This document shows positions 24,239 through 34,795 of a DNA stretch of 43,866 nt, piece by piece. The notes beneath the pieces were generated by a model that worked only from the letters and a program-made list of their open reading frames with translations, was not told where the DNA came from and searched no databases. The stretch covers positions 1 to 43,866 of the forward strand of contig NW_021834933.1 in NCBI RefSeq assembly GCF_006345805.1, read 5' to 3'. Numbering within the stretch: position 1 is the stretch's first letter; every line of letters begins with the position of its first letter. The DNA is from Octopus sinensis (taxonomy: Eukaryota). Position numbers and translations under genes: made by a program.

Positions 24239-25240
24239 TTATTTTTTTAAAAATTGTTTAAATGCGGCTGAAGCTGCCTCATGAACATCACTTGGTCCCT
24301 TATCTTTCAACAAATCCGAATAGTTTATATACTCCAAAGTCTCCGAATTAATAAAAAATTCCTTTTTATACTAAACAATTTATCACTAAAATATACTTTT
24401 TTCATTTCACTAGGATTTATATAAGTAAATGTTTCTGTAAAAGACTCTGTCGGTTTATTAGCGATCAATTCCTGGGTCTTTGTGGTTGTCCCGGTTATCC
24501 AAACTTGCTGGGTTTTGTGGTATCGCCAATTCCTACGAAATCTAAACAACTTTGACAGCTCTAAACTACAATTCAATGCTTGTATTCACATGGAGTTCAT
24601 TTTGAGTGTTCAAATAAAACATAAGTGCCAAAGTTGTGTCACTGTGTCTTCCCAACTTCAACGGCGGGACCTATTTTTAACAAAAAATGTCAAAATACCA
24701 TTTCTTTAATTTTTTTGCTGTAGTAACATGGTTGGAGAATCATTTCTAACATACAAATATATAAATACCAGTTCCCTCGACAAAACAGTCCCTGGATGAA
24801 TCATTCCAATCCAAATTACTTAAATAATTAATTTTAAATACTTGTAGGGGATTGAATCGAAATCATCTTTTTCAAACCCTTGAAATTGTTCAGTTCCTGC
24901 TTCTTGAGATTCTTCGACTAATTTTTTTAAATTTGCAAATTTTTCGAATGTATTTTGACTGATCGATGGCTTATTTGGGTTAGAGCTTTTCATTTTTTCG
25001 GGCTTTGGTGTATTGGTCGTGAAAATTGGAGCTGTTGGTCATGAAATAAATAGTTTTTTACTTGTAGGAGTTCTTTCTAGTTCGTCTCGTAATTCATGGA
25101 ACCATCGGCTATTATTAGTTAATGTTTATAGTACCTTTGGTATTTTTTTCCCTTTACATTCTTGCTTTTTTGATCAGTATTCTCACTGTTCGTAGAAGGC
25201 TATTATTTTAGGCTATATAATGACCTACATGATTTGACAT
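24239..25240 (-). CDS. CNOT2: CCR4-NOT subunit NOT2/CNOT2, 262 aa, 8 micro-introns
   Basis: GT-AG introns of 29, 26, 30, 23, 23, 28, 28 and 26 nt give an open 789-nt frame. The NOT-box reads LKLGRHSDTTLALMFYLN..SIELFRRNWRYHKTQQVWIT..KKEFFINSETLE, matching CNOT2 KLGRY..L.EL..RDWRYHKEERVWIT..KEF. Confidence 0.9.
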
Positions 25241-25522
25241 CAGATAAAATATATGTTAATTAATTTTTATTTAAATTAATTTGTTAATAAATTTTTTATT
25301 TGCTTAATAATTTTCTGAATTAATTCTATTTTTCTGAAAATTTAAAAATTTCTTTTTTAATATTTTTTTATATTTGACGGATTGGGATTAGCATATAATT
25401 CTGATACTTACACGATCAGAGAAAGTTGAACAAATTTTTTACCTCATTAATTTATTTTATGTAAATATTGACGTTTTAAACTTTGATAACTTCAATTATT
25501 ATTAATAACGTGAGAATATATA
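25241..25522. promoter_or_regulatory. Bidirectional promoter copy A, CNOT2-proximal half (continues at 28100-28239)
   Basis: Lies between the CNOT2 ATG and a stub of IGHMBP2; co-linear with 31592-32288. Promoter function is inferred from position. Confidence 0.65.
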
Positions 25523-28099
25523 ATCGTGTAAATGCAATAAAAATGTCTGGCATGAAGGACCCTTGGTCGAAGAAGTTACTTGATCCGGAATCGATAAAGA
25601 AGAAACTGGAAATGACTCACACTAAGGAAAATCGTGTAAATGAAGGACAAATGTCTGGCATGAAGGCCCCTTGGTCGGGGAAGTTACTTGATCCAGAATC
25701 TGTTACGCATGCTGCTATTAGCACACAGAAGAGAACTCATCTAATTGACCACATATCCCCAAAGAAATACGATATTAGTGTTCAAACTGACGACATTGTC
25801 AGAAACGGATCGAATCCGGAACTCAGACCTGCTTCATTAACACGGGAATTTAAACGGACCCATGCCCAGAAACAAAACCCGCCGCCTCGAAGACGAGAGC
25901 AGTGAAGAAAACTGCGGTAGCAAATTCTGGAGTTCAGCTGCCAAGTCCCGAAGCCCGGCTGGAGGACGATGGGACGCCTCTAGAGCCGGCTGAAATGGGT
26001 AGCAAACGGAAAGCAGGCAGACCCCCTTTACCGAAAAAGATGGCGCTCCCACGGGAGGTCAGCCACCCATGTCGGAAGAATGCCTCGTTATGACAATTCT
26101 AAATGCCCGCTCACTCACGAGACGGGTAACGGAGCTGAGGTTTCTGCTAGCCTCAGCGAAAACGGACGTACTGATTGTCAACGAGACAAAGCTGAAGGGA
26201 CCAAATAAAATTGAATTTGAAGGCTAAAAATCCCTTAATATCCCATGGAAAACTGACGCAGTAGCAGGAACCTCTGTCTTCTATAATGAAAGTATGAGAG
26301 TCAAAAACCGGTGACCTGAACGCAAAGAATGTTGTCTATAGGTGTGAAGCAACCAATACGGACGGAGAGGTACTTGAGAGTTTGTCTCAAAATCTCGGTT
26401 TTTCGATATGGACGTCCGAAGAGCTAAACCACTATCCGGATAGAGGCAGACCGGATCGCCTTGGAATTTTTCTCTCCTCGGCGTCTATTACTCCACTCTG
26501 TGATCGTCCGACAATCGAGGTAAATGTAGGAAGTGATCACATCCCGCAATCATTGAGACTAAGGACGAAAATAAATCTGACAGAAGACGTGTTTATTGGA
26601 TATAATCTGTCAATGTGGGCATCTATTTAAGTACTCTATGCGCTTGGCACTTAATACTACCGTGCTCCGTCCTCTTCGGACCATGGAGGATATCGACGAC
26701 CTATCTGAGGTCATCAATTGTCGAATTTTTGGAAAAATTTACGGAAGAGAGATTATTGAGAGCATCGGGCACTTGTTTCCGCCAAACAAACAAAAAACTG
26801 TCGATGCTTATAACGAAGAAAGGCACCCTTCAGAATCGCACGAGGAGGTGTTCCAACATGGGAGTCAGAAATCAGTTAAAAGTTTAAATCGACCACCTCA
26901 AGACGATGATACTTAAAATTGGGAAAAAGAAAATAGAAAAATCATGGAGGAAGGAATGCTGAATGCAGGATAAGAGAAATCCAAAGTTTTGGAAGGCGTA
27001 TCAGCGCCTGAACAACGCGGAAGGGAAAGGCGACAACATTGTGTTAAAGGGGCAAGATGGAAAGTATATCCCTTCCGATTTTGTCCCGGATGAACTAAGA
27101 AGGCAGCTGGGTAGAACCCAAGAAGTCGAACCTGAATCAATTATTCCACAAAAGACCTTTGAGAAAGTCACTTCAAGGCTAGAATCTCTAAATCTTGTGA
27201 GTGGACCTCTATGCAAGACTATTACCGAAAAAAAGACACAAGAAGTGATAGCAGGGCTGAAAAACAAGGCCCTTGGATTCGACTACATACCTGTGTTACT
27301 TCTTAAGAAGGCTCCGAGGATCCTCCTACGGGCTCTAACTATGCTTTTCGACGCTAGTTTTATCCTTGGTTATCTTCCGCCCACCTGGAAGTGCACAGTC
27401 GTTCGTATGATCCCGAAACCTGGGAAAACAAGTCTCCTAGCAGAAAACTACAGCCCTATAAGCCTGATCTGCGCTTTTTCGAAAATTATGGAGAAAATAA
27501 TTTTGAAGACTCTCATTACATGTTGAAAAGAATAATCTGGTTTCCGTTGTACAATGGGGTTTTCGTCCTGGGAAATCCACGGGAAACTGCTTGAAGGTTC
27601 TAGAAAGGGGACTTTCTTGGGCAATACGTAATAAATCTTGCACGACTGCTGTGTGCTTGGATTTGTCGAAGGCTTTTGACTGCGTCTGGCACCTGTGCAG
27701 GCTGTCGAAGCGGAGGAGCGAAAATGCTCGTGTCTTTGGAGTTGGGGACTTGAAACTTTCGCAGAACCTCCAATACCTTGGGGTTACAATAGATGCCAGA
27801 GGATCCTATGGAAATCATATCGATACCCAAAGGAAGAGAGCCGTTAAAATCCTACGAAGCCTGACCAGATTTCATCTCAAAGAAAAATTGGATAACTCAT
27901 ATGAATCCTGCGTCCATAAAATACAGTCCGTCCTGGAGAAGGCGCGGTTGCTTTTTTAGTGGACATCAGATATCAGGGAAATATGCTGCTAAGTAGAGAC
28001 ACTCCGGTGCCTCATTCTTTTTTAAAATTTCCCGTCGTCGATAATGGCTAGTTTTTTCCTGTCTTCCTAACTAGTAAAATAAATAAATTGTATTGTACT
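25523..28099 (+). mobile_element. Decayed Jockey-like LINE (ORF1 end, APE endonuclease, RT) inserted in promoter copy A
   Basis: APE motifs TILNARSL..VNETKL and GSDHIP; RT motifs WKCTVVRMIPKPGK..YSPISL and CLDLSKAFDCVWH; LQYLGVTID; A-rich 3' end. gaatatata on both sides (25514-25522, 28100-28108) is a candidate TSD. Confidence 0.88.
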
Positions 28100-28239
28100 G
28101 AATATATACGTAAGAGTATGTTTGTTGCTTTTTAAACGTATATCTCTTTTAAAATTAAATTAATTTGTGATTAGTATTTTTATATTTTCTAGTATATTAA
28201 TATTTAATTTCTTAGAAGTAATTATTTTAGATTAAATTA

Positions 28240-28299
28240 ATGGAGGAAATTACAATTGAAAAGTTTGTCGAGACACAAATAAAACTTGTACAGTTCGAG
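28240..28299 (+). pseudogene. IGHMBP2: 20-codon 5' stub of IGHMBP2
   Basis: MEEITIEKFVETQIKLVQFE is identical in protein to 32289-32348; the similarity then stops abruptly. Confidence 0.9.
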
Positions 28300-28337
28300 G
28301 AATTGATAAAAATACTTCTCTAGATGCTAATGATTAA

Positions 28338-28470
28338 CCAGTCTCCTGAGTGTGGTTGCTTGGTTGTGTTCATTGAGACGAATTCAATTTAATCGGTGCT
28401 TGTTTTCAGGGATTTCACGATTTCTTTACACAGAATAGAATCAAAATATTTTTAAAATGATCCAGCTAGG
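28338..28470 (-). mobile_element. Internal CRE fragment related to about 15160-15290
   Basis: Direct nucleotide similarity (gcttgttttcagg.atttcacgatttctttacac); truncated by the hAT end at 28472. Confidence 0.75.
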
Positions 28471-28471
28471 G

Positions 28472-28950
28472 CAGGGGTCGGCAAATAATTTTGGAGAAAA
28501 GCCAAAAGAACATTTGGAGAAGAACATTTTTGGAAATTTCAAAAAATTGAAGAGCCACCTTTAACCACTTGTCAAAAATTTAAATTCATAAAATTAAATA
28601 GACATTAATTTAAAAATAATTAAGAATTCATTTAAAAAAATTAATTAATTAGACACATTAATGAGAAATGTGATTCTTTATTTCTTTGGAGAGTTGGTTA
28701 ATGTCTGGGTCGTAAGTCGTTAATTTTAATCTGAGGTTAGATTTCAAATTCGAATCTGTAATTTTGTTCCTTAATTTTGATTTTATATAATTCATATGAG
28801 AAAAACTTTGTTCACAAATATAAGTAAACCTGAATATTGTCAAAATTCCGTATGCAATTTTTTTAATTCATAATAAGAATCTGAAAGAGAATTCCAAGTT
28901 ACGAAAATCACATCTTTTCGAATCATATAATAATTTTTCGTTTAATTGTA
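28472..28950 (-). mobile_element. 3' end of a Buster/SPIN hAT element
   Basis: Terminus caggggtcggcaaa at 28472; the ORF reads TYICEQSFSHMNYIKSKLRNKITDSNLKSNLRL..ISH* (hAT dimerisation domain). Confidence 0.85.
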
Positions 28951-28959
28951 GTAAATTAT

Positions 28960-29290
28960 CGTTATTCTTGAATCACTTCAGAATTTGAGCATCTATTCAA
29001 ATACGTTTCATTCTTGGCTTTACCACGGACTACCAAGTTTTTCCATACTGAAAAAAAATTTTCAATAGGATTTTAAAATGAACAGTATGGTGGCAAAAAT
29101 TTCCTGATTATAGTTGATACTTCAGTATCATTTTCCAGTTAACGGTAGTGATGAATCCTCGCATTATCCATAATAAAAATAGGATTAGTAATATCTTTCG
29201 ATAAACATAATGCTTTTATTTTTAGTAAAACGGTTTTGAAATCTTCTCCGTTAACTGCCTTATCATGAATTTTATGGAATAACATCTCAT
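28960..29290 (-). mobile_element. Tc1/IS630-like DDE transposase remnant
   Basis: Reads IFIMDNARIHH..FLPPYCSF*NPIENFFSVWKN. Confidence 0.85.
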
Positions 29291-29304
29291 ATTTATTCCA
29301 AATT

Positions 29305-29372
29305 TAAAAATTATTATATTGATTCGACAAATTATTATATTGGTTCGAAAAATTATTATATTGATCCGAAAA
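29305..29372. repeat. Three-copy ~22-bp tandem repeat
   Basis: aaattattatattg(a/g)t(t/c)cga occurs three times. Confidence 0.8.
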
Positions 29373-30499
29373 CCCTATAAAATCCATGTCAGACAACAGG
29401 TTGGGTTCCCGGAAACAGGACACGAAAATTGGTACAATCTTGGAAATTTTTTTATTGTTGAAACTATAAAAATATCTAGTTCATATTAATTCTATAATAA
29501 AGACGCCGGCAAAAGAATTGACTTATAATTTCTTCAAAAAATCGTTTCCTGATTCTGTCTCTTTTTGGTCACCTCAATGCTTGTTCTTTTCTTATTTTTT
29601 AAAAATATTTTTTAAAAACGGATTGTTCATTTTTATGAGATGAAAATTGTTCTTTCAAATGAGGGTTCGAGACTTTTACAAATTTCCCAAACTTGTTATT
29701 TATATATTTGATTATTTTTTTATAAATAACTTTGATTATATTATAATAAAATATCTGGTAAACCTAATGTAATTAGATAACCACGTTGCAACTTACAATG
29801 CTTTTGTTGTGGATTCAACAAATTTTGTTCTATTTGTTTGTTGTTGTGCTTTATCACTTTTATTTATCACTTTTTATTCTTGTATATTAATGGTTAATAT
29901 ATGTATTAAAATCGATTAAATATATTGTTGACTTACAGAATTTCTTATAGTATTCGATATTCTGTAATATAATTGGTTTCATTTTGACAATAATTTAATC
30001 TTTTTTATCTTTGCCATTCAATACTTTCTGGATTTTTTTCCAAAACCATAATTTTTTTCTTATTTTCATGTTTATTAAGATTTTAATTGGTAGTTGGTCT
30101 TTTCGTAAATTCATTTTAATCATTTTGAACGTACAATAACTCAACTAGTAATAATAATTTTCAAAAATCTCAATTATTTATTCCCATTTTGTTGTATTTT
30201 TGGGAAAAAATCTGGAATCTTTCATTTGGACTTGTTGCCGTTACATAGTAATTTAATCAGATCAATAAATTTTTCAATTGATAGTTTTTGGCAATATTTC
30301 GGGTAGAGTTTTTTTAAAGCAGCACTTTTTATTTCAATAATGAGTCCTTTTCTGACCTCCATTGAACAATTATGTAAAATATTGGCAACGCAATTGACAT
30401 GGAAAAGATTAGGATATAGATTTTTAAAACTTTCCGAAAGTACAAAACACAGCTTTTCGAATGTGTTATATTATTATTAGAACCAAGATCACCGTCCAA

Positions 30500-31190
30500 A
30501 ACATAAAACTAATTAATCAGGTGATCCCGGCTTCTCTGAGGAGGGTCCTCAACTTTGCCCGTTGCTCCTCCCTTGTCCCGGCACAATTTCTGTGAGGACG
30601 CGGTGGTGTTTTAGGCCCTGTAGCCCCGAGGTTTCTTCCCAAGATTTCATTAAATGGGGCGATGAGTAGATGTAGTGCTTTTCGGAAGCGTTCTTGAGTT
30701 TTCTCGATTTTAACGCGGTTCGTTCCACTGATAAACCCTCCCCACGCCTCACAAGCACAACTAAGGGAGGGTTCGATGAATTGCCGGTATATTGATTGGC
30801 GTGCGGGGAAGCTGATCCATTGTTTGTGTTTTCGGAGAAACACTTTCAAGATGTTCAGTTTCTTCATGCAGCTGGTAGTAATATTATCAACTTGTTGAGA
30901 GAAACACATATGACTATCGTAAGTCACGCCGAGGATTTTCTGGGATTTTTAAACGGGATTTCCATGTTATTGAGATACAGGTTCACCACCATTTTCCCAA
31001 GCTTCCTTGCTGGAGTCATAAGCGTGGTGACCGATTTTTCAGGACTCGTTGATAGTCGATTTAACGAGAGCCAACTTTCGAGATTGTTATCATCCGAATG
31101 TGTTATATCGACTTTTTTTATCATCCGAAGGCATCAATTTGGATAAACTTTTTGTGATTGTCTAATTAAATCTTTCAACTATGCCCTGAC
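30500..31190 (-). mobile_element. 3' portion of a LINE (Jockey/I-like; ends EAGIT*)
   Basis: Reads SPEKSVT..LGMTYDSHMCF..KKLNILK..IYRQFIEPSLSCACEAWG..LREAGIT*. Confidence 0.8.
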
Positions 31191-31369
31191 TCTGGGGATT
31201 GTTGGGTCGTCCATGAATTTGAACAATTTTGTACTTTTGACAGAGTTTTCTTATATAGTCATTCTTAATTAGACATCAAAGTATTAATAAAAGTTATTTT
31301 AAGTTTCGTTGGAAAATGTGTTCATAATCACGTTAGCGAACAAAGGTTATATTATTTTTGTGCAACTAA

Positions 31370-31500
31370 TTATCGGCAGAGGACAAGATGGAATGGCAAT
31401 TCCACGCAAGATGGCTATTGATATGCGTTGGAAAAGCCATGTCCGTTCTCGATGATCGTTTTTCCTTCTGCTTGCCAGATTCCCCAATTAATCTCATTCT
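31370..31500 (-). mobile_element. CRE-clade 3' end fragment
   Basis: The reverse strand reads LGNLASRRKNDHRERTWLFQRISIAILRG. Confidence 0.75.
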
Positions 31501-31559
31501 TCAATCTGTAATAGATAAAGATATCTGGCTTATTGAACTGAACTTGCGTATGTAGAATT

Positions 31560-32288
31560 ATGGCTAATAAATGACTCACAAGATTAGACATCAAATAAAA
31601 TATATGTTAATTAATTTTTTTGTCTTTTTTTGTTAATTAATTGTTTTTTTTTTTAATTAATTATTATTTAAAATAATTTGTTAATAAATTTTTTATTTGT
31701 TTAATAATTTTCTGAATTAATTCTATTTTTCTGAAAATTTAAAAATTCCCTTTTTAATATTTTTTATTTTTTTATTTGAAAAAATTTGTTTAAGATAACA
31801 AGTAAAATAGAGAAGTTAACTAATTTAGATGAGTCGCCGAGCGGATGGACAGGCAATTTCCACGTAATATCGCGAACGATATCCGCTGAAAAAGCCAGCT
31901 CGTTTCACGACTGTCGTGACTCCTCCTCGAGATGATTAAACCGATCTCTGAGAGAAAAAAAATATTTTTTATATTTGGCGTATTGGTATTAGCATATAAT
32001 TCTGATATTTACACGATCAGAGAAAGTTGAATAAATTTTTGACCTCGTTAATTTATTTTATGTAAATATTGACGTTTTAAACTTTGATAATTTTCATTAT
32101 TGTTAATAACGTGAAATATTCACATATATAGAAGCATTTTATGTATAATGAATTTATACGTAAGAGTATGTTTGTTGCTTTTTAAACGTTTATCTCTCTT
32201 AAAATTAAATTAATTTTTGCTTAGTTTTTTATATTTTCTAGTATATTAATATTTAATTTCTTAGAAGTAATTATTTTAGATAAAATTA
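31560..32288. promoter_or_regulatory. Bidirectional promoter copy B, with a CNOT2 5' stub (ATG at 31591, minus strand)
   Basis: Co-linear with about 25210-25522 plus 28100-28239; retains the CNOT2 ATG, exon 1 and first intron donor; lies directly upstream of full-length IGHMBP2. Confidence 0.7.
31768..31960 (-). mobile_element. 193-bp CRE 3'-end insertion with a 12-bp TSD
   Basis: Encodes EIGLIISRRSHDSRETSWLFQRISFAILRGNCLSIRSAT; aatattttttat at 31756-31767 and 31961-31972; the paralogous site at about 25359-25371 has a single motif and no insert. Confidence 0.9.
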
Positions 32289-34795
32289 ATGGAGGAGATT
32301 ACAATTGAAAAGTTTGTCGAGACACAAATAAAACTTGTACAGTTCGAGAAAATAGCAGCATTAAAGTTGAAAAGCAAAAATAAGACTAACATTTAGACGG
32401 GATAACATTTCTAATGTCAAAGAACAGTGCATTGAGAATGTGTACTTCTTAAACAAAACTAGAGCTATTACCGATCGAATAATACTTCAATTTTCGACAA
32501 AAAAGTCTTACCGAAAATTTGTGATATTAATTTAAAAAAGGGTTGATTTTGACAATTAAAACAGGCGATATATTTCATGTATTTTTATCAACTGAGGCCA
32601 AAAATGTTAAAATTGCAGAAACAGTATTTTGGGGTATTGGAAAATCTAATTCATTTTTTTGGGCCTATTGGATCTATTTTTGCATGAAAAAATCTGCGTC
32701 AAAACAACCATATAAACTAATCAGAATTCCAAATATAAAGTTTATGAGCTAATGGAAAAGTTTCACATTAAAGTAATAAATTAGCGCTTTGAAAGAATTA
32801 CTTGAATCATCTTGTATATTCGCAAAAATGTTTTTTCCAACTCCAAAGGAAGAAACACAAATAAACCCAAAATCCACGATTAATTCAAAACTTCATTTTT
32901 TAATAAAAATTTAAATATTGGTCAAAAAGAGGCTGTGGACTGTGTGATCTCTCAGTCCAATCTTAATATAATCCAAGGCCCACCGGGGACCGGAAAGTCA
33001 AGTGTAATACTTGAAATAATTCAACAATCACTAAAAGACAAAAATAGCCGAGTTTTTTTAGTTTTTGATTATATTTTAGATTCTCGTAACTGCACCTTCT
33101 AATATTGCTGTAGACAATCTAGTTGGGGGCTTCAGTGCCCTTAAAATGCCCGAAAGATCATTTGTTAGGATTGGAAATGAAGCAAAAATGTTGAAAGTCG
33201 GACTTATAAATTCTGATGCTTCCCGACTAAAAGAAAGTGACTGTTATCCTGAATTAAAAAAAATTGAAACTTTATTGAATAAACCTCAAGTTCTCTTATA
33301 TTAAAAAATATAGCAGATCATCAAAGATCAGAAAAGGACTGATCAATTACTAAAAAACTACATGGAAATCAAAAATAGAGAAATTACAAAAATTGTCCTT
33401 TCTTCTCATGTAGTCTTTACTACATTGGCAGGAGTGGGAAGGTTAAAAAAGATTATTTTCAGAAAAAACGAAAAGCCTACATATAAATTTGATTTGTTCA
33501 TAATCGACGAGTGCAGCCAAGTTGTTTTATTTCAAACAAGTAGGCATTGGAAGCAATATGTTGGTTGGGACTTCCTTTGACAAACAAATGTGTAATGGCT
33601 GGAGATTGTAATCAATTGCCGCCAACAGTGCTTTCCCTAGAGTAATAATAAATATATTTTTGTAGAGCAGAAATGGAGGGTTTTGGAGTTTCCATAATGG
33701 AAAGAGTGGCTAAACTATATCCCGAGTGTGTAAAGATGTTGACTATTCAGTACAGAATGCATTTAAAAATAATGTCATTTCCTTCTACCGAATTCTACGA
33801 CGATAAACTAATTCCAGACATATCTGTTAAATCTCATCTTCTTACGTATAAAAAGACATTTTTTGAGTTTTCAGTGACCTTAAAAAGGTCCAACGTACTC
33901 TGCTCACCTCAGCTGCCCTCGTTGTGATTGACACTGCCGATTTTTCATTTTATGAGGAAAAAATAAATCGTGCATCAAAATTTAATCCTGGTTTTTATTT
34001 TTAAAATATTTTTACAGGCGAGGTTGATATTGTGGTAGAATCTGTTCACAGACTGCTCAAAGCAGGGGTTAAACAGAAAGATATAGGGGTTATCTCTTTC
34101 TACTCTGGACAAGTTGGAGAAATTGTCAAAAATTTGTCAAAATTCAAAAAACTCGAAGTAAACAGCGTCGATTCCTTCCAAGGACGGGAAAAGGAAGCCA
34201 TAATTCTTTCATTTGTCAGGTCCAATACTCGTGGTTATATATATAATATATTTTCTAGATTTAGTTGGTTTTTTGTCAGATTTTAGAAGAATTAATGTGG
34301 CACTAACCAGAGCACGACGACTTTTGATTCTTGTTATAGACACCAATACATTTTCCCGCCAACATTGTTACAAAATGGTTATACCAAAATTTGCTGACGT
34401 TCGACTAAGTCCATTAGATTTTTTTGAAATGGGTTATTTTGTAATATTTATAAAAAGAATTCGATCCTTGTTCACCTTGGTCAGTCTATTCAACACTCCA
34501 CGAAGAAATTCGTTTGTTGGCCATCTCTGTGGCCTGTAAAAGAGGAGAATACATATTTGATGTATATCCGTCCAGACATGACAGATTAGTAATCTCCAAT
34601 GTTTCAAATTATGTTAAATTCCAATAGATTGTTAAAGAGTTTGGATATCTTACACTTATAGATGAAACTATTGGGTTTGATAAACCTACGCTCAAAATAA
34701 TTACAAAGTCAGAATTTAAAATTACAAATAATGATTCAAAACATGACGAAAATTGCGAGGAACTTGGCCAAAGCTTATTAACATTAAGTTTTTGA
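32289..34795 (+). CDS. IGHMBP2: IGHMBP2/SMUBP-2 (Hcs1-like) SF1 helicase with a degenerate R3H-like domain; about 12 micro-introns; three 1-nt frameshifts in the N-terminal third
   Basis: N-terminus IEKFVETQIKLVQFE; helicase motifs IIQGPPGTGKS, APSNIAVDNL, IIDECSQ, AGDCNQLPPTV, LTIQYRMH, VDSFQGREKE and RRINVALTRARR; tail RHDRLVISNIVKEFG. Introns are 20-31 nt; about 733 aa if three bases are restored. Confidence 0.9.
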
